Under the pieces are notes generated by a model. The model saw only the letters and a list, made by a program, of their open reading frames with translations. It did no database searches and had not been told where the DNA came from. A stretch of 63,991 nt of DNA, the filler included, from Stramenopiles sp. TOSAG23-2 (Eukaryota), in the NCBI GenBank assembly GCA_900128395.1. It is 3 parts of 3 records of this genome, joined end to end, with 100 filler letters (N's around TTAATTAATTAA, not from the genome) between each part and the next. Parts side by side here need not be neighbours in the genome. Positions count along the whole stretch, not along the records: positions 46,175 to 63,991 come from LT649623.1; 2 more parts are not named here. One strand, given 5' to 3'. The stretch's first letter is position 1, and each line of letters starts with the position of its first letter. This document shows, piece after piece, positions 53,113 through 63,991 of the stretch. The position numbers and the translations under genes are program-made.

Positions 53113-56100
53113 TCAATACCAATTTTCCATTATTATTCTATCACTTGAACTACGTATTCTAACAACTTCATTGGATATAGCGCCACTAAACCATAAATTT
53201 TTCAATTTATTTACACGCGTTGTGTTAAGATGTAATGGCGCACCACGCCGCATGTTGCGATCAGTTTCACCATACTTGTCAACATAAAGGGAAGGGTAAT
53301 AAGCAGCCCATTTACCTCGAATTAAAATAATTTGTGTGCTTTTTAAGTCCAACATGATTCCAATTCCACGAATATGATAGTCACTATTACACCCGCCAGC
53401 CTCGTTTATATGGCGATGACATGCACCAACATTATTTGCATCTTTCTCTCCACCAGATATAACTGTACCACATGCAAGACAAAGACAGGGTTGGATCCTT
53501 TCATTATTTAAACGTGTTAATTGTACTTTGAAGCGTGCAAGTAAACGATCGTATTGTGGTTCTAACTCGTCCAATATAGTATCTAAACCCAAAGTTCTAT
53601 AGCACTTATCCTTACTATCAAGCGCTGGCTTTAAATAATTTCTAATTTCTTCCTTAGGAAACCAACACTTCATCCACGATGCCCAGCGTGTATTATACAG
53701 TATGTCATCAACGTTAGCTAAATTCAAATATTGTTCCATATCTTCTAGACTTTCATATTTTTGCAATTCATGTTTCAATGATTGATAATTACTTCGTTTC
53801 CCCAAATCCATTGCATTTAAACAAAACAAATAAAGTGCAATAAATTTTTTACGCCTTTTATGTAAATATGATAGTTCAACGTGTTTCCTTTCAACAACTA
53901 CATTTTTATGTAATTGCATATATTCCTTCATAATTTTGCTAAGTAGTGAAGCCGATGATTTATCCTCTTCGTCACAATCGTATAGAAATATGTCGGTTAA
54001 AATATAGGCAACATATAATACTTGGAAAAGGCTGCGGAAAAACTCTTTGTCTCCATCAGAATATTGACAAGCATTTATTAATGATTGCTCCAGCCGAAGG
54101 CTTGTCTGAAATATATGTGTTAACAGACATATTCTATCCCTTGCATCACCGCACAATGGAAACACCCCATTTAACCTACTGTCAAATTTGCTCCTTCCAT
54201 CAATAACACTATTCGAAGCAATCATACAATTTCCGAGAGCATTAAACGCTCCCTCTTCTTTTCGAAGTGCGTTTTCATCAACGCTATTATCCCCAATCGC
54301 TCCATTTACAAATTTATTCAATGAGTATATACCGGATTGCCACAACAACTTCACCATATCCTCAGGTCGGTGTAGCCGATCAGGCTCTTTTATTCTATAT
54401 TTATTGTTGGATATCGTTGTCAGAAATCGCAATAATTCAGCATTTGCCCCTTTTTGAATGAAAGATATTTTTTTGCATGGAACTTCATTAAGTTTTTTTA
54501 ATAAATCACTAGGAGAAAATTCAGGAGTAAATTCTGAGGAGACTTTTTTTCCCGAGTCACTGCCATCTTCAACTTTTGAAATAGATTCATAAGTGTGTGG
54601 AATTACAGGAACCAATGTATTACTTAAACGCTTGCATAATGGGCATAAAAATTCTGCATTATCAGTTGTATCAATAGTATGATCACGGCGCCCGTTTTGC
54701 ATTGCTAAGAAAACGTCTAGACATTCAATGTGAGATACATGGGAACAACACTTTACAGCATATGAAAATTGACCTTCTTCAATAGGCACGTAACTAAAAC
54801 CAATATAGCCATAAAGTTTGGTAGTAATATCTTCATGGCAGAAAATGCAAGTGCTTTTATCGTTACTAGAATTTGAGCTACCTTCGCTTTTTCCACTGTT
54901 TTTTTTCCCTTCCTCGATATCATAATCATCGTCATCGTCGTCGTCACTACTTGATTCATCATCATTGCTATCACTGTCGCTGTCAGAGTCTGATCCTTCA
55001 TCCATCATAGCTAAAAAAGCTTGTTGCTGCTTTTGCATTGCTTCCATAGCAGCATTTTGCGTGGCTTTTCCATCTTCTTTATCAGATTTTCCTTTGTTAC
55101 TTCCACTCCCACTATTATTATCATTTTGATCGTTCTTCTTATTATTATCATCTAACATACTCTTTGTAGCATCCTTTAATGCTTCTGCCATAGTAATTGA
55201 TTCCTTAATTTGACCACACATTGTATAATCACGATCATGTGATTTTAAACAAGTAAATATATAATCATACGCCTCACGTTCAACTTTTTCTTCATTATCG
55301 TACGTTTCCTCTGCTTGATTTTCATATAAAGATATTAAAGATTGAAGAACACTCCCATCCTCAATTTCAGGGTCAACAACTAATGTTTCATTTATTCCAC
55401 ATGGATGTCGCAAACCAATTGCACGCAGGAAGCGAACACAAACTCCATCTTGCCCATCAGCTCTTTTCTCATTTAAATACATCATTGATAACCCAAGAAG
55501 ATGCAAACAAGAAGATCGTACATCAGACGATAACTTTCCATTTTCCGCCCGTGCTAATAAGGGTCGTAACATTTCTAACAATGCTGGACTTAATAACATC
55601 TCACGTACGGCTTGAAAATTTTCAATACAAGGCCCAAGCTTATGAACAGGTGGATGGGGTATGTGGCCTTTTAAATATATCTCACTTCGATTTGTAAGGT
55701 ATTTCTCTCTAACTTTGTTATGTTCTTCACGCGTTAAATGTTTAAAGTATGGATCATATTCTGACATAAACTGTTTTTTAAGAAGATACGTCCCTGGCTC
55801 GCCTTCTTCCCCGTCCCTAAAGGTAGCAACTTGTTCCAAATGACTTTCAACCTTGTTCCAAATAATTTCAGGGTCCGTTGCAAGATCGAATAACGTCTGG
55901 CCGGTCACCTGTCGTAAACGTTTCATCATTTCACTGCGTCTTTTTGGCCCACTAGCTAATATGTGAATAGCCTCCTTTCTTAAATTGAAATCAGAATCAT
56001 CGTCATCAGATGTTAAGTTCGATACGAGATTTATTAGCAAGCGTAAGCATTCCGATGTGATTTCCATCGCCTTGTCCCTACCAAATCTACCAACACCTTC

Positions 56101-59100
56101 CTTGGTTTTATACTCCTTCTTTTGATTAATGCCTCTAATTTCATACTCATCATACAACCAGGTTGTTAAACCGAAACGATCGATTAAACAAGTTAAAAAA
56201 TGATCTACACCAACACCAATAATACCTATTTGTAACATCTTTATTACCATATCATTGAAGAGAACGCAAAACGGAGGTTCTGTAAAGTGTATGGACTGAG
56301 CGTATAGCCCACGGCCATTTCTAACCCATAAGCCACGCAACACTTGCGAAGTATATACTGCAGTTCGTAATGGTATTTCCATCAAAAGTAAACGTCCAAG
56401 CCACGTTGCACCTCCTACATTACTTATGCCTTCCTCAATACAGGATACTTGGTATATGTCTCGAGGTTTTATTTGTGATAGAAGCCCTTTCGTGAAAACC
56501 CGTTGAGATTTGAATGCCTCTTTCGCTGAAATAGGGAACAATCCATTTAAAGTACTATTTTTCCGTCTTTTGCGAGGATTTGTATCCAATTTGCTTTCAT
56601 GGCGATAAATCAACATGGCAATGAAAGTATTTAATGGATAGTAAATCGATGTACTCTCCTTCGCTACATCAAACATAAAAACAGGATAGGTGCCTATTGG
56701 GGTATCCAAAATTCGAACCAAAGGTATGTAATTTGAACGAATAGCCCAAGAGGAAAACGTCACCATAGCCTGTGAAATGGCAGTTCTGGCATACAAAACA
56801 CTTGGATTGTCCTTATTATCCGGTGAGCACACATCTTTGTACAAATCACTTGATATGTAATTGTTACTTGATAACATTGGAAGTTTTTGTAATTTATTTG
56901 GTGAAACATACACAGAAAAATTTAAAAGAGATGCTTTTGCACTCTTCTTGCGTTCTTTTAAAGTGGTTTGACTATCGTTACCGGTAAATGAAACATCCTC
57001 ATTGACTATTACAGCCGTCAACACCCCATAGAACCTAGAACCAAGTCGAATCATTTGATTTAAAGCATTTTGCCATTGATCATTTTCATACAAAACGTGT
57101 GTATTCTCTTTTCGTTGAAATGATGTCATTTCTTGAAAATACGATACAAAAAGTAAAAACAAACCGATGCTCGTTGAATCTTTCCAAACAAAAATTCTCG
57201 CTGCGACCGGAATCCGTAACATGTAATATAAATGATCGTAAGCCAGTCGTGTTCGCTCATTGGCTATACCCCAAGATGATAAAGCTAATCGTTTACTTTT
57301 TTCATCAAACTGGTCTACAAATGATAAGTGTAAACCTGCCAATATAGAGGAGATACAATCAAATTTTAGCGACAACATTTCAACTATAGATGGAGTTGTA
57401 AAGACCTGCACACAAAAAAGTCGTTCTAATAAATCATCATCTGTTCCAATACCTTGAACGTATTTGTAGCATCGACTTGGCAAATTTTTCACATAGTAAA
57501 TGGAAAAAGTAGATTTAAAGCTTGCATCGGATGTCCATAAGACGGCGTACAAATCATGTAACGCCAATACAATGGGTTTTGGCAATAAATCGTCATATTT
57601 TATCAGCAACTCAATACTGACATGCTCATCTTCATTATCTACATCCATCGTTGAATTATTATTGTCATTCTCAGCTTTATATTGGGTTAGCACAGTATTG
57701 TAAGATACTTTTTGTCGTTTCGAACTTCTCTCTTGCCACGCATCTTCTCGTATAGTGAAATTCAAATAATTTCTTCCTAAATCTGGATTCTCATGTAAAA
57801 ATGTAACAATATTTTTGTTAATAGTAGCAAGCTGTGCAGAACTATATCTACCAGAACTTACTGTTATTCTGCTGACGGAGAAAAATTTTGACAAATCTGA
57901 TAATTCTTTTGGTTTATAAGGACTCCATGACCACTCTGCCTTATCTTCATTGTACGCATAATACACAGGCGTCACATTTGTAAAACCTGGAACCCAAAAA
58001 ACAGCAATATTTTTGAATTTTCTATATAGCTTTACATCTTTTAATTCTTCAACAATATATGCATTATTATTATTATTGTTGTTGTTGTTGTTATTATTGT
58101 TGTTGTAACTACTACTACTACTACTTTTCCATCTGTTCCCATTGCTGCCACTACTATTGTTGTTATTATTGTTACTACTACCACTACTATCATGTTTATG
58201 CCCGCCATGATCTTTAATGCAATAAGCGTCATCCATTTTACCTTCATATAAAGCATTTTTGATATCAGTTTTATTGATGTCTACGTATGGATTATTTGCT
58301 ATGTCTAAATTACATATAATTTTAGAAACATAGCTAGCAATTGATGCAGATGAATCTGATATAAAACGTAACCATGATGTAAAAAATACAGAAATAGCAG
58401 TTTCTATTTCCCATGTCCCGGATTTAATGCTTACAATCAACCCATGATCTTTTATTTTTTTAGCAACTTGCTTACAGATATCAGGGGCTCCACGATATAC
58501 AACACCATATCCTTTCTTATCTACAGCTTCTGTCAGTATTTCCGCTTTTCCTTTTTTATCTGGTGATAAAAATTTTAATTCTGTTAAATGTTCAATTAAA
58601 GCAAACGTTCCGGTAGTTGCATCGATTACATTTTGATATGTGTGTTTATCATCATTATGAAGGCATACCATCCATTCCTCGTTATCACCATCGCTTTTTG
58701 GTAATGTTGAAAATGACCCATAATCTTGCATTGAATAGATTGTTAAATATTTCACTACATTATTGATGACAATTTCACATGATTTTTTGAATGGTTCAGG
58801 TAAGGTATCCCCAGGATTGCCACCTAAACCACAATGTTGATCGCAAAACCCAGCTGGATCCCATGCTTCATGATCACCACAATCGCAAATACCACCAGCT
58901 CCTGTACGGTGGTAACGAACGCGATGACCAACGTGGTTTGAATTAATAAAACATTCTTCACAAAATACGCAGGTCCCATCAGTCCTACAGTCAAGGCACG
59001 TATAAGCTAAATCTCCATCACGAAAAACTTTACCACAAACAGGTTTCTTCTCTTTCAAAGATCCTAAAAATGTTTCTAACTTTTGATTTGGTGCAAGCAA

Positions 59101-59505
59101 ACAATTTAACAAATCAAAAAGTTCCGACAGATACAATTTATTATCTATCTCTCCGTTTTCTTTTTTAAATTGATTTTTTTGCATATTGCCAAATGCCAAA
59201 ATTGTTGAATATGCCGCTTTATCTTTGTAAGATATACTTTGCAACATGTTGACAAGATCAAAAATTATGGTAGATATCACTTCTGGAGGCAAATATTTTC
59301 CCTTTGATCCATTTATGATGCCTTGAACAGCCCTTCGATAGTGCGTTGATATGCCTTGTAAGATGGGTACCTCTCCACCATCTTTAAAAGCAAGTTCACT
59401 CACTTGATAGATATACTTTTTCAGCTTCTCAACACATCCATTTGTAGATGAAGATTGTTCATCGTCCATTTTCTTACCTTCATTTGTTGTTAATAATGAT
59501 GACAT
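53113..59505 (-). CDS. UBR1/PRT6-type N-recognin E3 ubiquitin ligase
   Basis: UBR box (CGKVF...CLDC...CEEC...GGICDCGD), ClpS-like LHNDDKHTY, RING (CIFCHE...CPLCK) and C-terminal YVDKYGETD...RGAPLHL. Confidence 0.93.
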   Translation of the reverse strand: MSSLLTTNEGKKMDDEQSSSTNGCVEKLKKYIYQVSELAFKDGGEVPILQGISTHYRRAVQGIINGSKGKYLPPEVISTIIFDLVNMLQSISYKDKAAYSTILAFGNMQKNQFKKENGEIDNKLYLSELFDLLNCLLAPNQKLETFLGSLKEKKPVCGKVFRDGDLAYTCLDCRTDGTCVFCEECFINSNHVGHRVRYHRTGAGGICDCGDHEAWDPAGFCDQHCGLGGNPGDTLPEPFKKSCEIVINNVVKYLTIYSMQDYGSFSTLPKSDGDNEEWMVCLHNDDKHTYQNVIDATTGTFALIEHLTELKFLSPDKKGKAEILTEAVDKKGYGVVYRGAPDICKQVAKKIKDHGLIVSIKSGTWEIETAISVFFTSWLRFISDSSASIASYVSKIICNLDIANNPYVDINKTDIKNALYEGKMDDAYCIKDHGGHKHDSSGSSNNNNNNSSGSNGNRWKSSSSSSYNNNNNNNNNNNNNNAYIVEELKDVKLYRKFKNIAVFWVPGFTNVTPVYYAYNEDKAEWSWSPYKPKELSDLSKFFSVSRITVSSGRYSSAQLATINKNIVTFLHENPDLGRNYLNFTIREDAWQERSSKRQKVSYNTVLTQYKAENDNNNSTMDVDNEDEHVSIELLIKYDDLLPKPIVLALHDLYAVLWTSDASFKSTFSIYYVKNLPSRCYKYVQGIGTDDDLLERLFCVQVFTTPSIVEMLSLKFDCISSILAGLHLSFVDQFDEKSKRLALSSWGIANERTRLAYDHLYYMLRIPVAARIFVWKDSTSIGLFLLFVSYFQEMTSFQRKENTHVLYENDQWQNALNQMIRLGSRFYGVLTAVIVNEDVSFTGNDSQTTLKERKKSAKASLLNFSVYVSPNKLQKLPMLSSNNYISSDLYKDVCSPDNKDNPSVLYARTAISQAMVTFSSWAIRSNYIPLVRILDTPIGTYPVFMFDVAKESTSIYYPLNTFIAMLIYRHESKLDTNPRKRRKNSTLNGLFPISAKEAFKSQRVFTKGLLSQIKPRDIYQVSCIEEGISNVGGATWLGRLLLMEIPLRTAVYTSQVLRGLWVRNGRGLYAQSIHFTEPPFCVLFNDMVIKMLQIGIIGVGVDHFLTCLIDRFGLTTWLYDEYEIRGINQKKEYKTKEGVGRFGRDKAMEITSECLRLLINLVSNLTSDDDDSDFNLRKEAIHILASGPKRRSEMMKRLRQVTGQTLFDLATDPEIIWNKVESHLEQVATFRDGEEGEPGTYLLKKQFMSEYDPYFKHLTREEHNKVREKYLTNRSEIYLKGHIPHPPVHKLGPCIENFQAVREMLLSPALLEMLRPLLARAENGKLSSDVRSSCLHLLGLSMMYLNEKRADGQDGVCVRFLRAIGLRHPCGINETLVVDPEIEDGSVLQSLISLYENQAEETYDNEEKVEREAYDYIFTCLKSHDRDYTMCGQIKESITMAEALKDATKSMLDDNNKKNDQNDNNSGSGSNKGKSDKEDGKATQNAAMEAMQKQQQAFLAMMDEGSDSDSDSDSNDDESSSDDDDDDDYDIEEGKKNSGKSEGSSNSSNDKSTCIFCHEDITTKLYGYIGFSYVPIEEGQFSYAVKCCSHVSHIECLDVFLAMQNGRRDHTIDTTDNAEFLCPLCKRLSNTLVPVIPHTYESISKVEDGSDSGKKVSSEFTPEFSPSDLLKKLNEVPCKKISFIQKGANAELLRFLTTISNNKYRIKEPDRLHRPEDMVKLLWQSGIYSLNKFVNGAIGDNSVDENALRKEEGAFNALGNCMIASNSVIDGRSKFDSRLNGVFPLCGDARDRICLLTHIFQTSLRLEQSLINACQYSDGDKEFFRSLFQVLYVAYILTDIFLYDCDEEDKSSASLLSKIMKEYMQLHKNVVVERKHVELSYLHKRRKKFIALYLFCLNAMDLGKRSNYQSLKHELQKYESLEDMEQYLNLANVDDILYNTRWASWMKCWFPKEEIRNYLKPALDSKDKCYRTLGLDTILDELEPQYDRLLARFKVQLTRLNNERIQPCLCLACGTVISGGEKDANNVGACHRHINEAGGCNSDYHIRGIGIMLDLKSTQIILIRGKWAAYYPSLYVDKYGETDRNMRRGAPLHLNTTRVNKLKNLWFSGAISNEVVRIRSSSDRIIMENWY

Positions 59506-60017
59506 AATCTATCTTGTATACCCACACATACGGAGAATGACCGGTTGAAGAAGAAGAAGAAGAAGAAGAAAGGAAGATAAACGTACATATATGTGTATAT
59601 ATATGTACATATGCATATATTAATGAATGATGATTTTTATTTCTTTATTATTTAGAATTATTTAAATAATTCTAATTATTATTATTAGAGGTAGTTTTTG
59701 TATGTGTGTTTGTGTGTGTTGTGTTGTAAAAAGATGATAATGTCATACTAGCTGCTGTCTGCCTGCTGGGCCTGTATATTTTAGTCTTTTATTGGTGTTT
59801 TATTAGTGTGTGCATATTATATTTTTAGTCTCCATTCTCCATCATCACAATCAATTTTTTCTTCTTACTGTGTGTGGTGTGTGGTGTAATTTCGGTCCCT
59901 ATCACTGCTGTGTATTTATTTGGTATACAAGTAACAGCTGAAATCGGGTTATTTTTTTCATCTGTGCTGCTTCTTCATCTTCTTCTTTTTTTTTTTTTTT
60001 TGTGCCCTTTTTTTTTA

Positions 60018-60072
60018 NNNNNNNNNNNNNNNNNNNNNNNNNNNNNNNNNNNNNNNNNNNNNNNNNNNNNNN
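60018..60072. other. Scaffold gap (55 N)
   Basis: Run of Ns in a low-complexity intergenic region. Confidence 0.95.
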
Positions 60073-60227
60073 TTTGAGTCTAATATAATAATTTATACTT
60101 TTTATTCTATATTTATTATTATTTTTTCATTATTTATCAATATCTGCAAAAAAGTAGAAAAAGAAATAGAATCAGGCGGAAGAATTGTCCAGCAAGGAGA
60201 AAAAACAAAGATTTGATTACATTGTCG

Positions 60228-60264
60228 TGTGTGTGTGTGTGTGTGTGTGTGTTTGTTTGTGTGT
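60228..60264. repeat. (GT)n microsatellite
   Basis: Visible GT dinucleotide run. Confidence 0.85.
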
Positions 60265-60377
60265 GACTTTCTTGCTATCACTACCTCTCTCTCTGTGTGT
60301 GATTTGTAACTATCACGCCCACATTTTTTTTTTCTTTCTTTGTATATATCAATAAATATATAATCAATAAATAAAAA

Positions 60378-62339
60378 ATGGCTGCAATAATCAACCCAAA
60401 AAACGTCAATATAAATAATAAGAAACCTCCACGTGAGGCAACGCGTATAACTTTTATAGCCGAAGAGACATTACCGCCACCAAATACACGCAGGATATTG
60501 TCAAAGCGAAAGTTTGCACCACGAATGTCACGTAGGGAATATATGGAAATACAACAACGAAGAAGAAATATGGAAAATATTCAATTATTAGAAGAAACTC
60601 CTGCAAGAGTATTGGATGGTTTTTTACTTCTTGAGGCATGTGGTGTGGAATTTCCAGATGAAGCTTCTCGCGCAGAATTGCAAGAGATGGGATTAACAGG
60701 AGCAACTGCTGAGGATTTGACATTTTTTTCCAACTTAGTATATATTGACGTAGGTGATAATATGTTGCCATTTGAATGTTTTGGACCTTTACCAGCTTTG
60801 GAAGAGTTACATATACATTGTAATATGATCAAAAAAATTAGTACGTTTAAAGGCTTTCCACGGTTAGAGATTTTAGATTTATCCTATAATAAAATTACTA
60901 AAGATGGCATTGCAAAGTTAATGAAGTTGCCATTGTTGCGTGTATTAGATCTTACGTGCAATTCGTTAAATTCATTGCCACCACTGTTAACAGATTTTAA
61001 AACTTTAGAAGTATTATCGTTAGAACGAAATAGGCTTGAACGCGAAGAAACATTATTAGCGTTGTCTTCATGTCCAAATTTGAGGGAATTAAATCTTAGT
61101 CATAATTTTTTCCGTGGAATACCAGCATCAGTAATAGGATCCGCAACTCGTTCTGGCGCTGGTGGTTTCCGTTTGTTAGAATGGCTAAATTTAGCACATA
61201 ATTACATCAGCAGGGAGGAGGATATTATTAGTTTGACTGAATGTCCTAGATTAACACAAGTCATCTTATATGGGAATCCATTGACTATCCCAGGAAGTAG
61301 AAATAGTTTTGCACCAAATGTGCCAGGAAGCAAGAAATCTAGCCGTGGCGGGCCAAGTGCGTCTGTTCGCAGTGCAATAAATAGTGCAGCACAACAAAGT
61401 CGTGCAAGTTCATCTCGTATTTCCACACCATTGCCATTACCGCTATTAGAAAAAGCAGCGCAGGATGGACGTGTATTAAATTTTGTTACCGAGCCACCAA
61501 ATTTAAGAAAAAGAACACCAGCTAGTGGAGCGTATACATCTTTTAAAATCACAACGATTAAAGAGCCTGTGTTGCCAACAAATGCACAATGGAAAGAAGC
61601 GGGTAATAAAACATTATTTGATAAAGATACTAACTTTAGTAAGGAAATATTTGGAGGAGAACAAGAAGAAAAACCAGAAGAGGAGCTACAAAAAGTCGAA
61701 GAGAAAGATGATGATAATAACAATGCTGGAATTTTAAAAGCACCAACTGGTTTATTTATGACAGAAGCCGATATGGGTGAAGGTGATGAAGAGGAACAAA
61801 ATGATGAATATGAGTTGAACGATTTAATTGATGAAGGTATGGATGAATTAGTAATGCCAGGTGGATTGTTGCAAAATTCAATCGTTGTAAACGACGGAGG
61901 TGGCAATGGCGATCCCGCTAAGTTACGTACAGCACTTAGCAACTTGCGGTATGCATTGAAGCATCCATTAGTTGCGGATGATAATTTTGATAAACCTGCA
62001 CATTATATGCAACATACAACTGCTACGCAAGCACAAGTTAAGCCTAGAATACCATATCGTGGACATTCAAAAGCACGTAGTAGAAAAGCTGATAAATATT
62101 CACCAAAGACTGGTACGCAGGGTAGGGGTAAGCAAGCTGTATATGGAGTTACTGCTACAAATCCAGCATTGGCTAATATTGAATATGTTTTAGATAGAAT
62201 GAATGCACGCGTCTCTGAAGTTGAAAATGATCTAGGTCTTGCAGAGGAAGGTGATAAAACGATGGCTTCACTCATTAATATGGTTAATGGTGTTATGCAA
62301 AGTTATGAACAAAATGCAACTGGTAAAGATGAAGAGTAA
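60378..62339 (+). CDS. Leucine-rich-repeat protein (XRRA1-like)
   Basis: LDGFLLL followed by LxxLxLxxN repeats and a LYGNPL cap. Confidence 0.78.
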   Translation: MAAIINPKNVNINNKKPPREATRITFIAEETLPPPNTRRILSKRKFAPRMSRREYMEIQQRRRNMENIQLLEETPARVLDGFLLLEACGVEFPDEASRAELQEMGLTGATAEDLTFFSNLVYIDVGDNMLPFECFGPLPALEELHIHCNMIKKISTFKGFPRLEILDLSYNKITKDGIAKLMKLPLLRVLDLTCNSLNSLPPLLTDFKTLEVLSLERNRLEREETLLALSSCPNLRELNLSHNFFRGIPASVIGSATRSGAGGFRLLEWLNLAHNYISREEDIISLTECPRLTQVILYGNPLTIPGSRNSFAPNVPGSKKSSRGGPSASVRSAINSAAQQSRASSSRISTPLPLPLLEKAAQDGRVLNFVTEPPNLRKRTPASGAYTSFKITTIKEPVLPTNAQWKEAGNKTLFDKDTNFSKEIFGGEQEEKPEEELQKVEEKDDDNNNAGILKAPTGLFMTEADMGEGDEEEQNDEYELNDLIDEGMDELVMPGGLLQNSIVVNDGGGNGDPAKLRTALSNLRYALKHPLVADDNFDKPAHYMQHTTATQAQVKPRIPYRGHSKARSRKADKYSPKTGTQGRGKQAVYGVTATNPALANIEYVLDRMNARVSEVENDLGLAEEGDKTMASLINMVNGVMQSYEQNATGKDEE

Positions 62340-62860
62340 AAAAAAAAACAATGTCTACCGCGTGTGGGTTGGATTTTGTTTGTGTTAATTGTCTCTCTGG
62401 GTGCGTGTTTTGTAATACGTACACAAAATGGTGTAAAATACTTCGTATCATGTATTATAATATATATATAATTTATAAGAAAAGTTTTTCTCTGTACGAA
62501 CGTTCGTACTTTGTACAACGTTTTATGTGATATATACGATATCTTATTTTTATATTAAATTTTTTTTTTATTTTTTTTTTTTTACATTCATCAAAAACAA
62601 ATGATAACATACTCACAATATTTTGTTGTACATGAGATACACATTTATTTATTTTTTCATGGGACTTATTTACAAAAACCGTTTTTATTTTTAACATTTA
62701 TTTACTTTTTATTCTTTTAAAGCATTATAAAACATAATTCAACGGGAGTGATTTTCTTTTTTTTTAACTTTTTTTTCTTACTAGAAGTGAAGGATACATC
62801 ATAATAGTGCTACAAAAATGCGTTGTTTGGAAGTAAAATTTATATTTAATATTTATCAAT

Positions 62861-63376
62861 TTATTCCAAGTCACTTAATAACTGTTTATATGCTTGATTA
62901 TCAGGTTCAATTTTGATAGCAGCTTTATATGCTTCTTTGGCTTCGTCTTTCTTTTCCAAAGCTATTTGCGCAACAGCAATTCTGTGAAACCCCTTGGCAA
63001 AGCTCGGAGATAACTCAACGGATTTCTTTGCGTCTTGTAAAGCAAATTCATACATTTTTGCTTTATAATATGCGTTACTCCTATTAGAATATAAAATATG
63101 AATACCTTTTCCATCATCTTCGCCAGTTTCTAAAGCTAAGCTATAAAGTTCAATAGCTTTTTTAAACTTTAAACTTCGAAACGCATCGTTACCTTTTGCT
63201 TTCAATGATTTTCTTGGTATCTTCTTATACTTTCCTTTCGCAAATGGCGAGCCTGGTGGTACTTTTCTATTATTTGTATTATAATCATTTGAATCTTTGA
63301 CAGACTGTTTTGTTTCTTCTTCTTCAACGTCTATCATTAGCCATTCATCTTCGACATCTTTTTCATTAACTTGCAT
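62861..63376 (-). CDS. Small TPR protein (STI1/SGT-type co-chaperone TPR)
   Basis: LKAKGNDAF, LYSNRSNAY and KGFHRIAVA carboxylate-clamp pattern. Confidence 0.85.
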   Translation of the reverse strand: MQVNEKDVEDEWLMIDVEEEETKQSVKDSNDYNTNNRKVPPGSPFAKGKYKKIPRKSLKAKGNDAFRSLKFKKAIELYSLALETGEDDGKGIHILYSNRSNAYYKAKMYEFALQDAKKSVELSPSFAKGFHRIAVAQIALEKKDEAKEAYKAAIKIEPDNQAYKQLLSDLE

Positions 63377-63991
63377 AATTTTTTTATTTTCGTTTGGTGT
63401 AGATTTGTTTGTTGTAGATTTATTGTGTAGATATATATATTATTGATATTTATTATGTCCTCTCTTATTTTTTTTGGTAATTTATTGTCTCTCTTGTTGT
63501 TGGTTATTGTACACATTACATCTATTACCTGTATGTAGATATATATTTTTGTCGTTAAACGATGTAAGTCTAATGGTATGTACCTGTTAATTTCATTACC
63601 AAAAAAACTGTGCATAACAATAATAAGAATTTAACAGTAAGTCGAAATAAACTGTTGATGCTGTGCTTATGCTATGAATACTGTAAATATTATAATATTG
63701 TAAACCCAATCACTATGCTGATTTTTGTGCTGTGTGGGATGCCTCTGAATACAGATTGCTGAATTCTTTAGTTGTTACTAATGTAGTCTATGCAGCCTTC
63801 AAGTACCACCACCTGGTGGTATATTAATATAGCACTCTTTTTCTATCAAATTAATAAACCTATCCTCTAAGCGTGAAATCCAGAGATTTCTCTGGATTAA
63901 GGTGCCAAAATTTTAAAAAAATAAATGAAGTGCCTATTTTCACTCAAATTGCAAAAACGACCCCTCCACACACATCTACACATACACAGCT

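Noticed and set aside
58060-58190. AAT/AAC/AGT triplet runs in many CDSs
   Set aside because: Poly-Asn/Ser low-complexity tracts typical of AT-rich protist genomes.
59652-59675. 24-bp perfect palindrome (also a 10-bp-stem hairpin at 63877-63898)
   Set aside because: Isolated features in AT-rich DNA with no supporting context.
61202-61942. Long antisense ORFs (also 41847-42419, 18077-18544, 2398-2862)
   Set aside because: Shadows of genes on the opposite strand, with no independent motifs.

Overview
AT-rich, gene-dense, intron-poor eukaryotic nuclear DNA, with poly-Asn tracts, short GT-AG introns and ciliary and endocytic genes. It is most consistent with a flagellated phagotrophic protist (stramenopile-like is my inference, not shown). 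The window is at least three contigs joined by artificial N44-TTAATTAATTAA-N44 linkers (23025-23124, 46075-46174), plus a 55-N gap. Exact 55-bp repeats and head-to-head truncated genes suggest a single-cell (MDA) de Bruijn assembly. Most genes are housekeeping: WD40/EF-hand, TBC RabGAP, GCIP, TMTC-like, riboflavin kinase, PPR, PDE6D, WASHC4, P4-ATPase, peroxisomal enoyl-CoA isomerase, uS2m, SmG, TMEM245-like, EF-hand/IQ, UBR E3, XRRA1-like and TPR. The notable part is the first contig. It carries two OAS/CD-NTase-like nucleotidyltransferases with unusual fusions (MATH-NTase; NTase-TPR-beta-helix-MYND), a cobalamin-type radical SAM enzyme and two paralogous ankyrin proteins. A 55-bp inverted match at the contig end suggests these genes really form one compact cluster of about 14.5 kb. 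This is a candidate protist nucleotide-signalling immune island; the immune function is inference.
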